Source: the human T2T-CHM13v2.0 reference genome, Homo sapiens. From it: a stretch of 64,000 nucleotides of DNA. The DNA lies in assembly GCF_009914755.1 (NCBI RefSeq), contig NC_060941.1; one strand, 5' to 3'. Of this stretch, positions 28,732 to 41,640 are shown piece by piece (position 1 is the first letter of the stretch; every line of letters starts with the position of its first letter). Position numbers and translations under genes: made by a program. A model generated the notes under the pieces. The model did not search any database. It saw only the letters and a list, made by a program, of their open reading frames with translations, and was not told where the DNA came from.

Positions 28732-30870
28732 CCTTAAATTATAAAAAAAACATACTTTTTGTTGTTCTCTGAATTTGTTTGCTTTTTGCCCCAAGATTCT
28801 ATTTTTAAAATTGTAATTAGTGGTATTCCACATGGTATGGCATGTAAAAAAAAATCATTCTTTGAAAGTTTTGAGGGAACGAAAAATAGTTAGTTTGAAA
28901 AACTTGGTTTATACATTACCTGAAAAATCTATAGTATACGAACCTTTGATTTAGAGAAAAGAAACATCCCAGAAAAATACTGTATTTTACACGATCTCAT
29001 TGCATATGATAGTCAAACTGATACTAGTGCCTGAAACACTGGTACTTAAGTTCTCTTTTTAATTTCTCATCTCAGCATTCTTTACATGCAGAGCACATGC
29101 ATGTCTGTTTTGCATTTCAGTATGTAGCATACTTGATGAGTTTTATTCTTTTAATATTTTTTGGCAATGGAAACAATAGCTTTAAAATGGTTCCACAGAG
29201 GTGAATTGTCCCTGGCTTCACGAAATAGGTGTTTGAGTTTCTAATGCAACAATAAAGCAAGACCAAAGACCCAATAACAAACAGCTGAGAGGATCAATAA
29301 CCCCTGTGTTTTCAGTCCATGCTTATTTAAAGTGGTGCATGGAAAAAAAAAAAAAAGTCTCTCTATTTATATCTGGAACTTAATGAAGTGAAATTATCAC
29401 AGCCGACAGGCGCTGGTGTTGTAATTCAGAGACAGGGCTTGGCTTAGAGGGATCTGCAGGCTGTTTTTATTCCAATTTTTAATTTTTTTTTAGTGAAACT
29501 TAATCTCCTAATCAGTTCCAATTTACATATTTGCTGGTCCTTTTTTTTCCAGCATGATTTTTAGAGGAGTGGTGTTGGAGGCATAAAGCAATTATTTGAT
29601 TAAATAATTATTCATTGCAATGTGTCCTGCTCTATTCGAAGCAAGTGGATAAGTGGACACAATACCAATAAACTTGTAAGCGCAGAGCCAGGGACGACTT
29701 CTGTAGCCATTCATAGCTGTCTCCATTCCCATATGCATCGCAGACGTGTGTGTGTATATGGGTGCATGTGTGTTTTTAACTTGATCCATTCTGTAAAGTT
29801 TTGCTCACACTAGCTCTCCTTTCCAGTCTTAAGGGATTAATATCCTGCTAAATGAAGTGTTTCAAATTTGAAATTTATTTGGGGCTAAATGAAATACCAA
29901 ATGCTTCTAATCATAGTGGAATTGTGTTCCATCATTAAATATCCTCATTCTCTACACGAATAAACATGTCAGTGATATTATCTTCTTGTGTGAAATGTCA
30001 AACCCTTAAATGTATATGTTTTCCTTCGAATGTCATTTAAAATTGGGAATTTCAAAAAGATTGATACACTTCCTTTCCAGGGTTAACTTTTCCTCCTTAG
30101 TTAGATCTGGTAGTTATCACTGGGGGAAGACCACAAGTAGAGAATGAGAGGGTACGAAGAATATGAATACAATAATTAAATATTATATGTGTTATTTTCA
30201 CCGTTTTCTGAAGTATCAGCAATTATGTTGAAGAATCTTCAAGAATCTCAAGTAGATTCCTTCTAGACAATCAGAAATTAAGACTAGAATACTTTCTTTT
30301 CTAACTGGACCACAGGTTTATATTATCAGTAAATCGAAGAGTTGCAGTTTACTTAACAGGAGGTAGTATTATTCAAATCTGAAAAAATCATCCTAAATTT
30401 TCAGTGTTACACTTGTCCATTTGGTAAGTGTTTCCTGAGCATTTGCTAGTGCCGGTAGTGTACTAACTTCTCTGGGAAACCAAAAAATGAAAAGTAATCA
30501 AATATGAATACTACCCGAATAAACATATCCCAGTAATATTCTAGTCAAAGATGACAAATTCAGAAACCTAAAGAAATCTGAAAATACCAGATCATGTTTT
30601 ATCAGCAGTTGTCAGAGGAAGTCATTGATTTTTTTAACAATGAAATGTGCTCCTGAAAAGTATCCTTAATGTGATTATTCTTTATAGGGTATGTTGGTGT
30701 ATTAAGTAGAGAGATATTGAAGGTGGCCAGGGAAGTTAGTAGGATATTTTAATAACATAGGCAAGAAAAAAGAAATCTGAGAATGTGATAATAGAAGCAG
30801 TGAGAATACGGAGGAAAAAGTAGAATCAATATACCGTACATCAAAGCCTTTTTAAAAAATAGCAAGAGAA

Positions 30871-31269
<399 letters not shown>

Positions 31270-31371
31270 TCAACTTGTTTTCATTTTTCACTCAATAACT
31301 TTCAATCAAATTCTATGTGAGAGTTAGGAAGTACTTTTTACTTTCCTTTGATCATCAATGCTACAAAATGG

Positions 31372-31620
31372 AAACCAACTCAGTGGTAAAGAGTGTAGAT
31401 TTTGGAATAAGAATAACCTAAGTTATAATCCCAATGTCATTATTCCTCAGTGTGTGCCTTTGGCTAGCTTATTTGAACTTCCTTATCCTCAATTTTCTTA
31501 TTTAAAAGAAAAATGAAAAGCATATCTATAGGATGCATGGAGTAAATGAAACAATACATTTAAAACTACTTAACACAATGGCCAGAAAATACAGTTGGTA
31601 CTCAGGACAGTACTGAATGT
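31372..31620 (+). mobile_element. MIR
   Basis: cagtggtaaagagtgtagattttggaat...gtgtgtgcctttggctagcttatttgaact...cctcaattttctt. Confidence 0.7.
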
Positions 31621-31864
31621 GATTGTCGTTTTAGTTGCTTAGGCTGAGGATAATCAGTGCACCGTGATCTTTAAAGACCATACCCTATAACTATCTTAAG
31701 AAATTGTTTATGCTTTGAGTTGAAAGAAAACTTTGAAGTAAAAAGGGTTAATCTTCGTACCAGTTTTTGCTACAAATTGATTTAAGAAGCTTATGAACAT
31801 TTGATACAAATCACATATTATTTTCTAAATTGTTTTCCCTCTATGCTAATTGAATTAAAACCAA

Positions 31865-32460
31865 AAGGTATTTCTTGATCATTTGCTGTATGCTCAGAAG
31901 CATGGCAGTCACCATGGGAGATATAAAAATATTTTTATAAGCTCTCTTTGTGGTTAAGAATATTACAGTTTAGTCAGAGAGATAAAAATTATGCCCATGA
32001 AACCAGAAAGAGATGTTAAAATAAAATAAAAGCAAACAGTTGGAATATTGCTTCAAACTCAGTTACTATGAGAATTCAGAATAGGGAAGCAATGGATCAG
32101 CTTTAACCAAACAGCAAAGCCCTTGCTTTGTGAAGCTGGAACTGATTTCTGGAGAAAGGATGGACTGATTCCTGACATAAGAGTGGATCTGGGCTTAACA
32201 GAGAGGGAGAGAGAGATAAAGAGAGAGACAGAGTTCCTTTTTCTTGTTGAGCAAAGAAATGAGAGTGGGAGATAGTATGAAGAAATCTTGATTATGAAAG
32301 AAGAGGTATGTTAGAACTAAGAAAAAACACAGGAAGCCAGGTGAAATTTACTGATCAATGTCTTCAAAAGCAGTGTACAAGTTTAGACTTGACTCATGAA
32401 TTATCAATGTCAACCAATTTTTAAACTGTTAAAAAACTTTGAGTTTCTAAGGGCAGGGAA
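31865..32460 (-). mobile_element. L2 fragment (degenerate)
   Basis: tatttcttgatcatttgctgtatg...acagtttagtcagagagat, then purine-rich L2-like sequence. Confidence 0.45.
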
Positions 32461-32472
32461 TTCAATAGCCGA

Positions 32473-32821
32473 TGTATTAGTCCATTCTCATGCTGCTAAT
32501 AAAGACAGGGTAATTTATAAAGAAGGTTTAATGGACTCACCGTTCCACATGGCTAGGGAGATCTCATGATCATGGTGGAAGGTGAAGGAAGAGAAAAGGA
32601 ACATCTTACATGGTGGCAGGCAAGAGAGTGTGTGCAGGGGAAGTGCCCTTTATAAAACCATCAGATCTCGTGAGACTTATTCACTATCATGAGAATAGCA
32701 CAGGAAAAACCAGCCCCCATGATTCAATTACCTCCCACTGAGACCCTCCCATGACATGTAAGGATTATGGGAGTTACAATTCAAGATGAGATTTGGGTGG
32801 GGATGCAGCCAAACCATATTG
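32473..32821 (-). mobile_element. THE1 (THE1C/B-like) solo LTR
   Basis: tgtattagtccattctcatgctgctaataaagac...gagatttgggtgggga..cagccaaaccatat; 5-bp TSD gccga/gcaga. Confidence 0.93.
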
Positions 32822-32889
32822 GCAGACAAGGGAGTCAAAGTCTCTGCCTTTGAAATATTTACTTCTAATATAGGATTCAGGTAAATAAA

Positions 32890-32990
32890 CTCTCTCTCTC
32901 TCTCTCTGGCTCTCTCTGGCTCTGCCTCTCTCTCCCTCCCACCACTTCTCTCTTTCTACACACACACACACACACATACACATACACGCA
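32890..32990. repeat. Compound (CT)n/(CA)n simple repeat
   Basis: Read directly. Confidence 0.9.
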
Positions 32991-32999
32991 TTTTTTTTT

Positions 33000-33768
33000 C
33001 CAGGAAAAGTCTCACTGAAGAGGGTGCATTTGTGCTGAGAACTAATAAAGAGAGAGAAAAAGGCATAGTGAAAACTTAGGGAATGGAGTATTCAAAGAGA
33101 GGGAATCACAGGTGCATAGGTGCTTTGAAGTGAGAATGAGAATGTGCTCAGTATGTTTGAAAAACAGTAAAATAAACACTGTTAACAAGGGCATACTGAG
33201 GGAAGGGAAGAGTCATAGGAGATGAGCTTGAAGAGGAAATCAAAGGCCAAATCACAGAGTCCTGAAGATTATGGTAAGTATTTGGTATTTTATTCTATTC
33301 TAAGTGTGATGAAAGCTATTGGATGGCTTGAATGTTGTAAGACATGAATTGATTTATGTTTTCATAAAGATAACACTGGCTGCTATATAGAATAGGTTTT
33401 ATAAGAGAAATGTGAATGCTGGAAACAAATTAGAAGACTACTGAGGCTTTAAAGGAGACAGATGATGGTCTTATGGATTTGGTACCTGGAATGAGAGTGG
33501 AGATATGAAGAGTTTCATTTCAGGCCTGCAAAATTTTAAATGCCCATTAGGTATGCAAGACTGAATTTGAGGAGAAATGGAAAAGATTGGGGTTGGATGT
33601 ATAAAATTTGGAGTCATCAAAATACAGATAGCATTAAAGACCCGAGTCTAAATTAGGTCACCAAGGGAGTGAGTACTGACAAGGTAGAGAAGGGCTTCAG
33701 GGAATGAGCCTAGGGCCATTACAACATTTAGAGTACTAGAAGAGAAGAATCCAGCAAAGAATATGAGG
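33000..33768 (-). mobile_element. L2a fragment
   Basis: aaagataacactggctgctatatagaatag, ataaaatttggagtcatca, caacatttagag...ccagcaaagaa. Confidence 0.8.
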
Positions 33769-33925
33769 CAAGTTAAGCATAGGGGGTTCCTTAGGATGGT
33801 GACACTATTCTGTGTAATTCTGTAATGGTGAATCATGACAATTGAATTTTTGAAATCTCTTAGAATTCTATTATAGAAAAAGCCAAGCTTAGTGCATGTA
33901 AATTGAAAAAAAAGGAGTAATTTAA

Positions 33926-34003
33926 CCCATTTCCCCTTTGTCTCCAAAATACTGCACTGGCAGTTTTATTGTTGTTGCTGTTGTTGTTGTTGTTGGAAAT
34001 GGG
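33926..34003 (+). mobile_element. MER75A-like piggyBac MITE
   Basis: TIRs cccatttcc and ggaaatggg, flanked by TTAA (33922-33925) and tTTAA (34004-34008); internal aatactgcactggcag. Confidence 0.8.
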
Positions 34004-34077
34004 TTTAAGAGGTCATGGATCCCAGGATGAGATGCAGATTGTTACAAAAAAACATAACTGCATTAAAAAGTGTATAT

Positions 34078-34336
34078 CATGAACACAGGGAGAAGAACAA
34101 TACACACCACACCAGGACCAGTCAGGAGGTGGGGGGCAAGAGGAAAGAGACCTTTAGGAAAATAGCTAATGCATGCAGGGCTTAAAACATAGATGACAGG
34201 TTGATAGGTGCAGCAAACCACCATGGCACATATATACTTCTGTAAAAAACCTACACATTTTGCACTTGTATCCCTGAACTTAAAGTAAAATTTTAAAAAT
34301 ATATAAAAAATAAAATAAATAAATGAATAAATAAAA
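34078..34336 (+). mobile_element. L1PA (PA11-13-like) 3' end
   Basis: aatagctaatgcatgcagggcttaaaac.tagatgacaggttgataggtgcagcaaaccaccatggcaca followed by an (ATAA)n tail. Confidence 0.88.
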
Positions 34337-34702
34337 AGCACATGGAACAACTTCACTGAAGGATTTGAGGAAAAGTGCTAGTCTAATAATCTGGAAATGA
34401 ATGGAATCCATAAGAATAAAAGCAAAGGGAACTGTACATAAGTATTGTACCCTAGTTGATAAAGTTGTTCCCCACAAGAATACACGTAAGCAATTCTGAA
34501 ACTATTAAACATGTATACTGAAATTGAACAATTAAGATATGAGTGGTGAATGGTGGGAAACAGGTTATTCACAGTTGCAGTGGGAGGTTACAGACAAGCA
34601 AAGGCAGATGAATAGAATAACCCATGTAGCAATGGATTCAAGTTGGAAACTTTGGTATGAACTAATTTGAGCTTAATATAGATACAGATGCATGGATACA
34701 AA

Positions 34703-34707
<5 letters not shown>

Positions 34708-34754
<47 letters not shown>
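34708..34754. repeat. (TA)23 microsatellite
   Basis: Read directly. Confidence 0.98.
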
Positions 34755-34757
<3 letters not shown>

Positions 34758-35705
34758 TACATAGGTGAGGATACATACATATATTTCCTTGCTCTGTTAG
34801 CTGAGAGCATCTGGAGGCAATGGCACCAGTATCAACAACCACACACACCACACAGATCTTACTCTCTAAATCTTTTCTCCAATCAAACGTACTAGGGTTT
34901 GGAGAAATGACTGTTTCTAGGGATGAGACAGGGAATACAGATGAGCCTAAAGCATTTTGTCATATCACAAAGTAAGAAAGTGCTTTTTAAAAAGCGAAGA
35001 TAGGAGCCAGCCAAAGAGCTACCTGCGGCAATACCTGGAACAAATTGGGCAATGAAGTGAACAACACAGTGTTAGATTACAACCACCTGTGATGATTAAT
35101 TTTTTCTCATTACTATTACCCTAAACACTTTATTCCAGATTTCATTAACAGACCCTTGGTCCCCTGAATATAGAGATAAGATGACCCAAAGTGAGCTACT
35201 TATGAAACTCTGGCTACAGTGATTGAACCAGTTCCAGCTTCATCCTGAGTGATTCGGAGGATGTGACTCCATAGCAGCCTGTGGCCTAATTTCCTGCCAC
35301 ACAGACACTGATGTGGGGAGTGGGAGGCCAGGTGAGTTTCTATTTCCAGTCCTTGGGTTGCCCTGCATTTTACAGATCTTCCTTTGCACCGGAATAACTT
35401 CTTGAACACTCCACTCAAATGCTCTTTTTGCTTGAAAAGAGTTGAAAGTAAATGTTTGTCTTTTTTAACTGAAATCATCCTGACAAATAAGCCCTTCTCA
35501 GATAAACCCAGGGGGCAAGCATCATTTCTCATCTTAACAAATCTCTTGACAGAACTTGACAGGTTTGATCATTTTCTCATCCCCAAACACTCTCTTCCCT
35601 GATCGTACCTACTCCTCTTGGTTTTCTTCCTGCCTCACTGCCTCACTACCCAGTCTTTCTCAGTCTTTTTCACTCGCTCACTTGCTTGCTAACTCTCAAA
35701 AATAA

Positions 35706-36660
35706 ATTTTTATTTTGTAACAGCTTTTAGATTTATAGAAAAGTTGCTGAGATAGCATAGAGAACTCCCATAGACCCCACACCAGGTTTCTGCAAATGTT
35801 ACCATCTTACCTTAGCATGGAACATTGATCAAAACTAATGAACCAATGTTGTTACAGTATTATTAACTTAACTCCACATTTTATTCTGATTCTCTTAGGT
35901 TTTTTTCTTTCTTTTCTAGGATCCCACCTATAGCACCATATTATATTTAGTCATCCTAACTCTCTAGGCTCCTCTTGGTTGTAACAATGTCTTGGACTTT
36001 CCTCATTTTTGATGACCTTGGCAGTTTGATACTTGCCAGGTATTCTGTGGAATATCCTTCTGACATTTGCCTCATAATAGGACTGGGGGTTTGGGAAGGA
36101 AAAATCACAGGGGTAAATTATCATTTTCACTACATCACATCAAGGGTACACATTGTTAACATGAATTAGCACTGCTGGTTTTAATTGTAGAGTCTTTCGA
36201 GTTTTCTTACTATAAAGTTACTCCCCTTCCCCCTCTTTCCACATTGAACTCTTTGGAATGAAGTCATTATGCTCAGCCCACATTAAAAAATTGGGGTGTG
36301 ATGCTCTACTTTTTTGAGGGCAGAGTGTCTACATGATTTATTTAGAATTCTCCTGCAAGGGAGAAACTTCTACTCTCCCCCACTTATTTATTTATTCAAT
36401 CATGTATTTATATCAATGTGGAATCATGAATATTTCATACTTTGGGTTATAATCCAATATGATGTTATTCATTTTGTTGCCCAATTTGTTCCAGCTTTGG
36501 ACATGAGGAGCTCTTTGGCTGGCTTTTATCTCCATTTTCCATTCTGCAAAAGCACTTCTTGTTTTCTGATACGATGAGATGCTTTAGGCTCATTTTTTGT
36601 CCCCACCTTAGAAAGAGTCATTTCTCCAAGGAGCCTGCCTCAGTTCCTTTTATTGGAGAA
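35706..36660 (-). mobile_element. L1MC-type 3' region
   Basis: tttagatttatagaaaagttg...gagaactcccata, taggatcccac, tcatactttgggttataatccaata, catttctccaaggagcc. Confidence 0.8.
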
Positions 36661-36711
36661 CAGATCTATTTGATGCTTCTGGTTGTTGATACTAGTGTCA
36701 TTCCTTATACT

Positions 36712-36932
36712 TAAGATAATGCATTGTAGATTTAAAAATTGTTCAGAGAGATCTTAAACGTTCTAATGTTCTTATCATAAAAAAGATAGGTATATGAAGT
36801 GATAAATATGTTAGTCATTTCTGATTAAATATCTATGCATGTGTATACGCATATATATCTCTCTCAGAACATCACATTTTATACTATATACACAATTTTA
36901 ATTTGCCAATTATATCTTAATAAAACTGAAAA
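36712..36932 (+). mobile_element. L1MA/L1MB 3' end
   Basis: gagagatcttaaacgttct...aacatcacatt...tttgccaattatatcttaataaaactg. Confidence 0.65.
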
Positions 36933-37297
36933 GGGGGGTGATATAGAGGTAATAAACAACTGCAAATATGTTATATGCAGATGTAAATAAGGTGTCTAGA
37001 GACTGTGGGAATTTCACCTGGGGAGATTAACACATGAGAAAGGATGGACAGTGAGAACAGCAGGTGAGAAAAGTCATTCCTATATTTTTCTCCCTCAAAT
37101 GTAAATAAATCTGTATCATACAACTTTATCAAATGCCTCCATCCTCTAGAGGCAATCATATTTATGGTATTCTCTAATATACATCCTCCTCTAGAGACTG
37201 ACCCATCTCTAATTTATTTAAACAAATCATGGCATTTCCTGTCCCTATACCTTGCTATGGTTATTTCAGCCCTTCCTTGAATCCCTACACTGACAGC

Positions 37298-37487
37298 TGG
37301 GGTTGCCAAATAAAATACAAATGCTGTCTAATTTAAATTTCAGATAAACAATGAATAACTTTAGCATATGTATATCCTAAATATTGCATGGGATATACCT
37401 TGTATGAATAAAAGTGTTTGTTCTTTATCTAAAATTCAAATTTAACTGGTTATCCTGCGTTTTATTTTGCCGGATCTGAAAACCTTA
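37298..37487. mobile_element. MER53 palindromic hAT MITE
   Basis: ggttgcca.ataaaatac...aatttcagataaacaa / ttgttctttatctaaaattcaaatttaactgg...ttttatttt...atctgaaaacc; self-complementary. Confidence 0.85.
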
Positions 37488-37699
37488 CTAATAACTTCCA
37501 TCTTACTCTCTAACTTTCATTTACATACTGTTATAGGTGTTTCCAAATCACTTAGATTTTAACTTCCCATTGGAAAAAAAAATACGTATTATACTTCTCT
37601 TTCCTTTACTGCAGAAGATCTGGGAGGAAAGAAGTCCATAGAGTGGTTATTATAGGATAACCAAGGCCTGAAACAGTTGGGTTTAAGATAATGACTGCA

Positions 37700-38166
37700 G
37701 CTCCATCCATGTTCCTGCAAAAAACATGATCTCATTGTTTTTATGGCTGCATAGTATTCAATGGTGTATACGTGTTACATTTTCTTTATCCACTCTGTCA
37801 CTGATGGTCATTCAGGTTGATTCCATGTCTTTACTTTTGCAAAAAGTCCTGCAATGAACATTTGCATGCGTGTGTATCCTTAGCAAACTAATGCAGGAAC
37901 ATAAAACCAAATACCGTATGTTCTCACTTATAAGTGGGAGCTAAATGATGAGAACTCATGAACACAAAGAAGGGAACAACAGACACTGGGGTGTACTTGA
38001 AGGTTCTGGATAGGAGGAGGGGAGGAGCAGGAAAAATAACTATTGGGTACCAGGCTTAATACCTGGGTGATGAAATAATCTGTACAACAACCCCCACTTG
38101 AGATGAGTTTTCCTATGTAACAAACCTTAATGTGTACCCAGGACCTAAAATAAATCTTAAAAAAAA
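37700..38166 (+). mobile_element. L1PA15/16-like with 5' inversion (37700-37875 inverted, 37876-38166 sense)
   Basis: Reverse ORF2-end segment joined to a sense 3' UTR (gaaaaataactattgggtac...ggcttaatacctgggtgatgaaataatctgtac); perfect 15-bp TSD aagataatgactgca. Confidence 0.9.
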
Positions 38167-38484
38167 AAGATAATGACTGCAAAACAGAGATATGTAGAGG
38201 AGCTTTACTGGCAGGGGTACATTCTAGCAGAGCTTGGTTACATTCTAGCAGAAAACAGAATTAGACTAAGTATTTTCTTTTAACTTTAGCACTTTATTTA
38301 ACAAATATTGAACATAAAAAACAGAGATTATACAAATCACTGATGAATGCACTGTTCTGAATAAAAAGTTGAGCATGATACTCTCCCTGTTTCCCAGAAG
38401 CTTAAAATATATACCAATGTATGCATGTACATATAAGGCAAACTTATGATTGTCCAAAGAGGTGGTATCAGTAAAGTTCTAGTG

Positions 38485-39232
38485 CAGTGGTTCTCAGCTG
38501 GGGGCAATTTTATTCCCCTCCCCAGGGACACTTGGCAATATCTGGAGGCATCTTCAATTGCTGTAACAGTGCTACTGGAAACAAGAGGATGGAAAGGGCA
38601 AAAGATGCTACATCTTTTTTTTATTATTATTATACTTCAAGTTCTGGAGTACATGTGCAGAATGTGCAGGTTTGTTACATAGGTATACACATGCCATGGT
38701 GGTTTGCTGCACCCATAACCCATCATCTACATTAAGTATTTCTCCTAATGCTATCCCTCCCCTAGACCCCCACCCACCGACAGGCCCTGGTGTGTGATAT
38801 TCCCCTCCCTGTGTCCATGTGTTCTCATTGTTCAACTCCCACTTATGAGTGAGAACATGCAGTGTTTGGTTTTCTGTTCTTGGGTTAGTTTGCTGAGAAT
38901 AATGGTTTCCAGCTTCATCCATGTCCCTGCAAAGGACATAAACTCATCCCTTTTATGGCTGCATAGTATTTCATGGTGTATATGTGCCAGAATTTCTTCA
39001 TCCAGTCTATCATTGATGGGCATTTGGGTTGGTTCCAAGTCTTTGCTATTGTAAACAGTGCTGCAATAAATATACACATGCATATGTCTTTATAATAGAA
39101 TGATTTATAATCCTTTGGGTATATACACTGAATCTTACAAGGCACAGGACAAACAGGTAGGATGTCCAGATAAAAAAGAACAATTGTTCAAAATGTCCAA
39201 TTGCTTAATAATGTCACAGTTGAGAAACTGTG
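38485..39232 (+). mobile_element. MER20 hAT MITE split by an L1PA (38485-38614 and 39127-39232)
   Basis: cagtggttctcagctgggggcaatttt...gatgct | cttacaaggcacaggaca...aaaatgtc...gttgagaaactgtg. Confidence 0.85.
38615..39126 (-). mobile_element. L1PA7/8-like 3' end
   Basis: Reverse 3' UTR plus ORF2 C-terminus (IAALFTIAKTWNQPKCPSMIDW in the ORF track). Confidence 0.95.
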
Positions 39233-41339
39233 ATCAGGAACAACGAAGTCAAAAGAAGCAATGCTTCTGCCTGTGGTGATCAGAGGAAGCTTCTATATAT
39301 GCATACGGTGGAAATGAAGACAGTGAACACGGCATGAGCAAATGCAGCAAAACTTAACATTTGCTGCAAGAATGGCACATGGTCTGATTGTTTTGAAGTC
39401 ACGGTTGTGCTGGAGACCAGTGGACATTAACACAGAGAGCACCTTGGGCTAGAATTACGGTGAGCTTTGAATGTGAAACTATAAAACTCCAGATTTATAA
39501 GCATTGCAACTAAGAATGGTGATGGAGAATTTGGAGTACAGGACCCATATATGGCAAAGATCAGTTCATTAGGAAATTTAGTTTATATTGGGGAACGTTT
39601 GAAAAAGTCACTGATAATTTTCCACTTGGCTTCCAAAACAGTGACGACAAAAATATGGCAGCTAGGCAATCTTGACTATGATCCTAGCTGAAACAAGTTG
39701 CTTGCCTCAATCCTGCATGTCCCCCTATAACTGAAGCAATGGCGCATGAAAGCTAACCTTTATTTTTATTTTTTGTTTTTGTATTAACATCACAACTTTG
39801 TTAGCTCATTGTTTTAATCCTTCCTCTTCATTCCGTGGTAAAGTCACAGGAGTCCCATTTTCCTCTTAAGCAATGCTGCTGAATTTTACATGCTCAACCA
39901 GCCCCAGAAAATGGGATAGAAGAAAAAACCGGATACATTGAGAATCTATCTTAAGTTCTGTGGTTCAGAGAGTTTGGAACTGAACCCAGCTATTTTGGTA
40001 TTGGGGCTTATTTCACCTTGGCAAAACATGGCCTTCTGTTTTAAGGTGGGGGGGCAGTTGAAAAGCTTATTAAAAAGTCTCAAAATGCTTCTTCAACATC
40101 AAATAGCTCCTAGAAAAATATTTTGATGAGTTAAGTGTAAATGAATCAGAAACATATGGATTACATTTCCTTTAGATTACACATGGGTTTCAAAATTAAG
40201 GGGAAAAGTGCTCAGGGCAAAATGCATTTTGGATTTTATTGAACCCAAAATATTTGAGAAATAACTCAAGACACTCGAAGAACCCAAAATCCTGCCAGGT
40301 TTCCCAATCCCTTGTGAAAAGCAAATTAGATTTTAAAATTCCTTTCGCTTTAGTGATCTATGATGTTACATGAAATTCAGATGAAAAACTTCTTTTCTAT
40401 ATATGATTTTTACCCTGGATATTTTCACTTACAACTTTGGCCAAAATCTAGACTTGAAGTGTACTTTAGATTGGCTAAATTGGCTGGATGGCTCAGCCTC
40501 TCTCTGCCCTGCTTAGTGACAAGAACATTTGATTTGTCCCATGCACAGTCATAGAATCAAGGGATTAATCAAAGGGCTTCAGATAGCTTCATAGCAAATG
40601 ATACCAGGCAGTATTCACAATTTGCCGTTTTGCATTTAGCTTTCCACTCATTCATTGGGCATTGATGAAAACCTTTTCATTACTTCTCATTTATCTTAGG
40701 CTTTGACAGACCCTACTTCTAGATTCTATATTTTAAAAATAAAAAGGAAGTCATGCCTGTTTATTAACTCAGTCTTTTGCTTATCCCAATGGCAAGGCCA
40801 AAGTGTGGCTACAGAAGGGTATTAGATTTTCACCAGTTCCCGTCCCCTAAAGCCACAGCCTATGTAAAATCAGCATGATTGCTAAGCAAAAAGCTCTACA
40901 ACAACTCCCCTAACCACACTTCTAATCCAGTTTTCATTCCTAGGCCTCACCTATATGGGATTTTGAGAGCCATAACAATTATTCCTTTATGGCTTTACTG
41001 GACATATTATTTCTTAGCACCTGCTATAATGGTGGCATGGTAGTGGGTATGAGAGATGCAAATCAAATCAGGCATGGCCGTGCATCTTCAAGGAACTTCA
41101 CACATACACAAAATTCTCCAGGTAGGACAACAGAATCAGAAATATGTAGGCTTCAAGAGTATACAGTGCCAAAGAAGGGAGGCGTCAAATAGGAAACCGC
41201 TGTCTAAAATTATAACATGGAACTATATAATAGGAGTTGTTTAAATCCAACTTAAGTGATTCTGTTTGGAGCATTTTATAACGAAGTGAATTTATAGTGA
41301 ACTTTGCCTATTTTATAAGTCTAACACATTTTTCTCCAT

Positions 41340-41640
41340 TCTTCCTCTGGCAAGCTTGCCCTGGTAACTCAAGATCCAACCCAAATGTCATCTCCATTGT
41401 GAGAGTTCCCATTTCCACCATGGTTGAGTGAAATCTTGTCTCTGAATTGCCAATAAACATTGAACATGTTCTTATTTATATCATTTTTAGCATTGTGTTT
41501 CAATTTATTTATACATCAGAGTCTCCTGTTAATCATTGACATTTTTGAGGAAAGGACTACATCCTGGTCTTATTTTTATTTCCAACACACAGCATATTTC
41601 CTGGAATATACTAAGCACTTAAATGTTATTGAATGAATGG
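41340..41640 (+). mobile_element. L2 3' end
   Basis: caagatccaacccaaatgtcatctcc...ttgaggaaaggactac...gcacttaaatgttattgaatgaatg. Confidence 0.65.

Larger units (their letters stand above)
33770..35088 (+). mobile_element. L1MC4-like 3' region (interrupted by MER75A and an L1PA)
   Basis: gatcccaggatg...aacttcactgaagg, gaaactattaaacatgtatactgaaattgaacaa, ccttgctctgttagctgagag. Confidence 0.75.
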
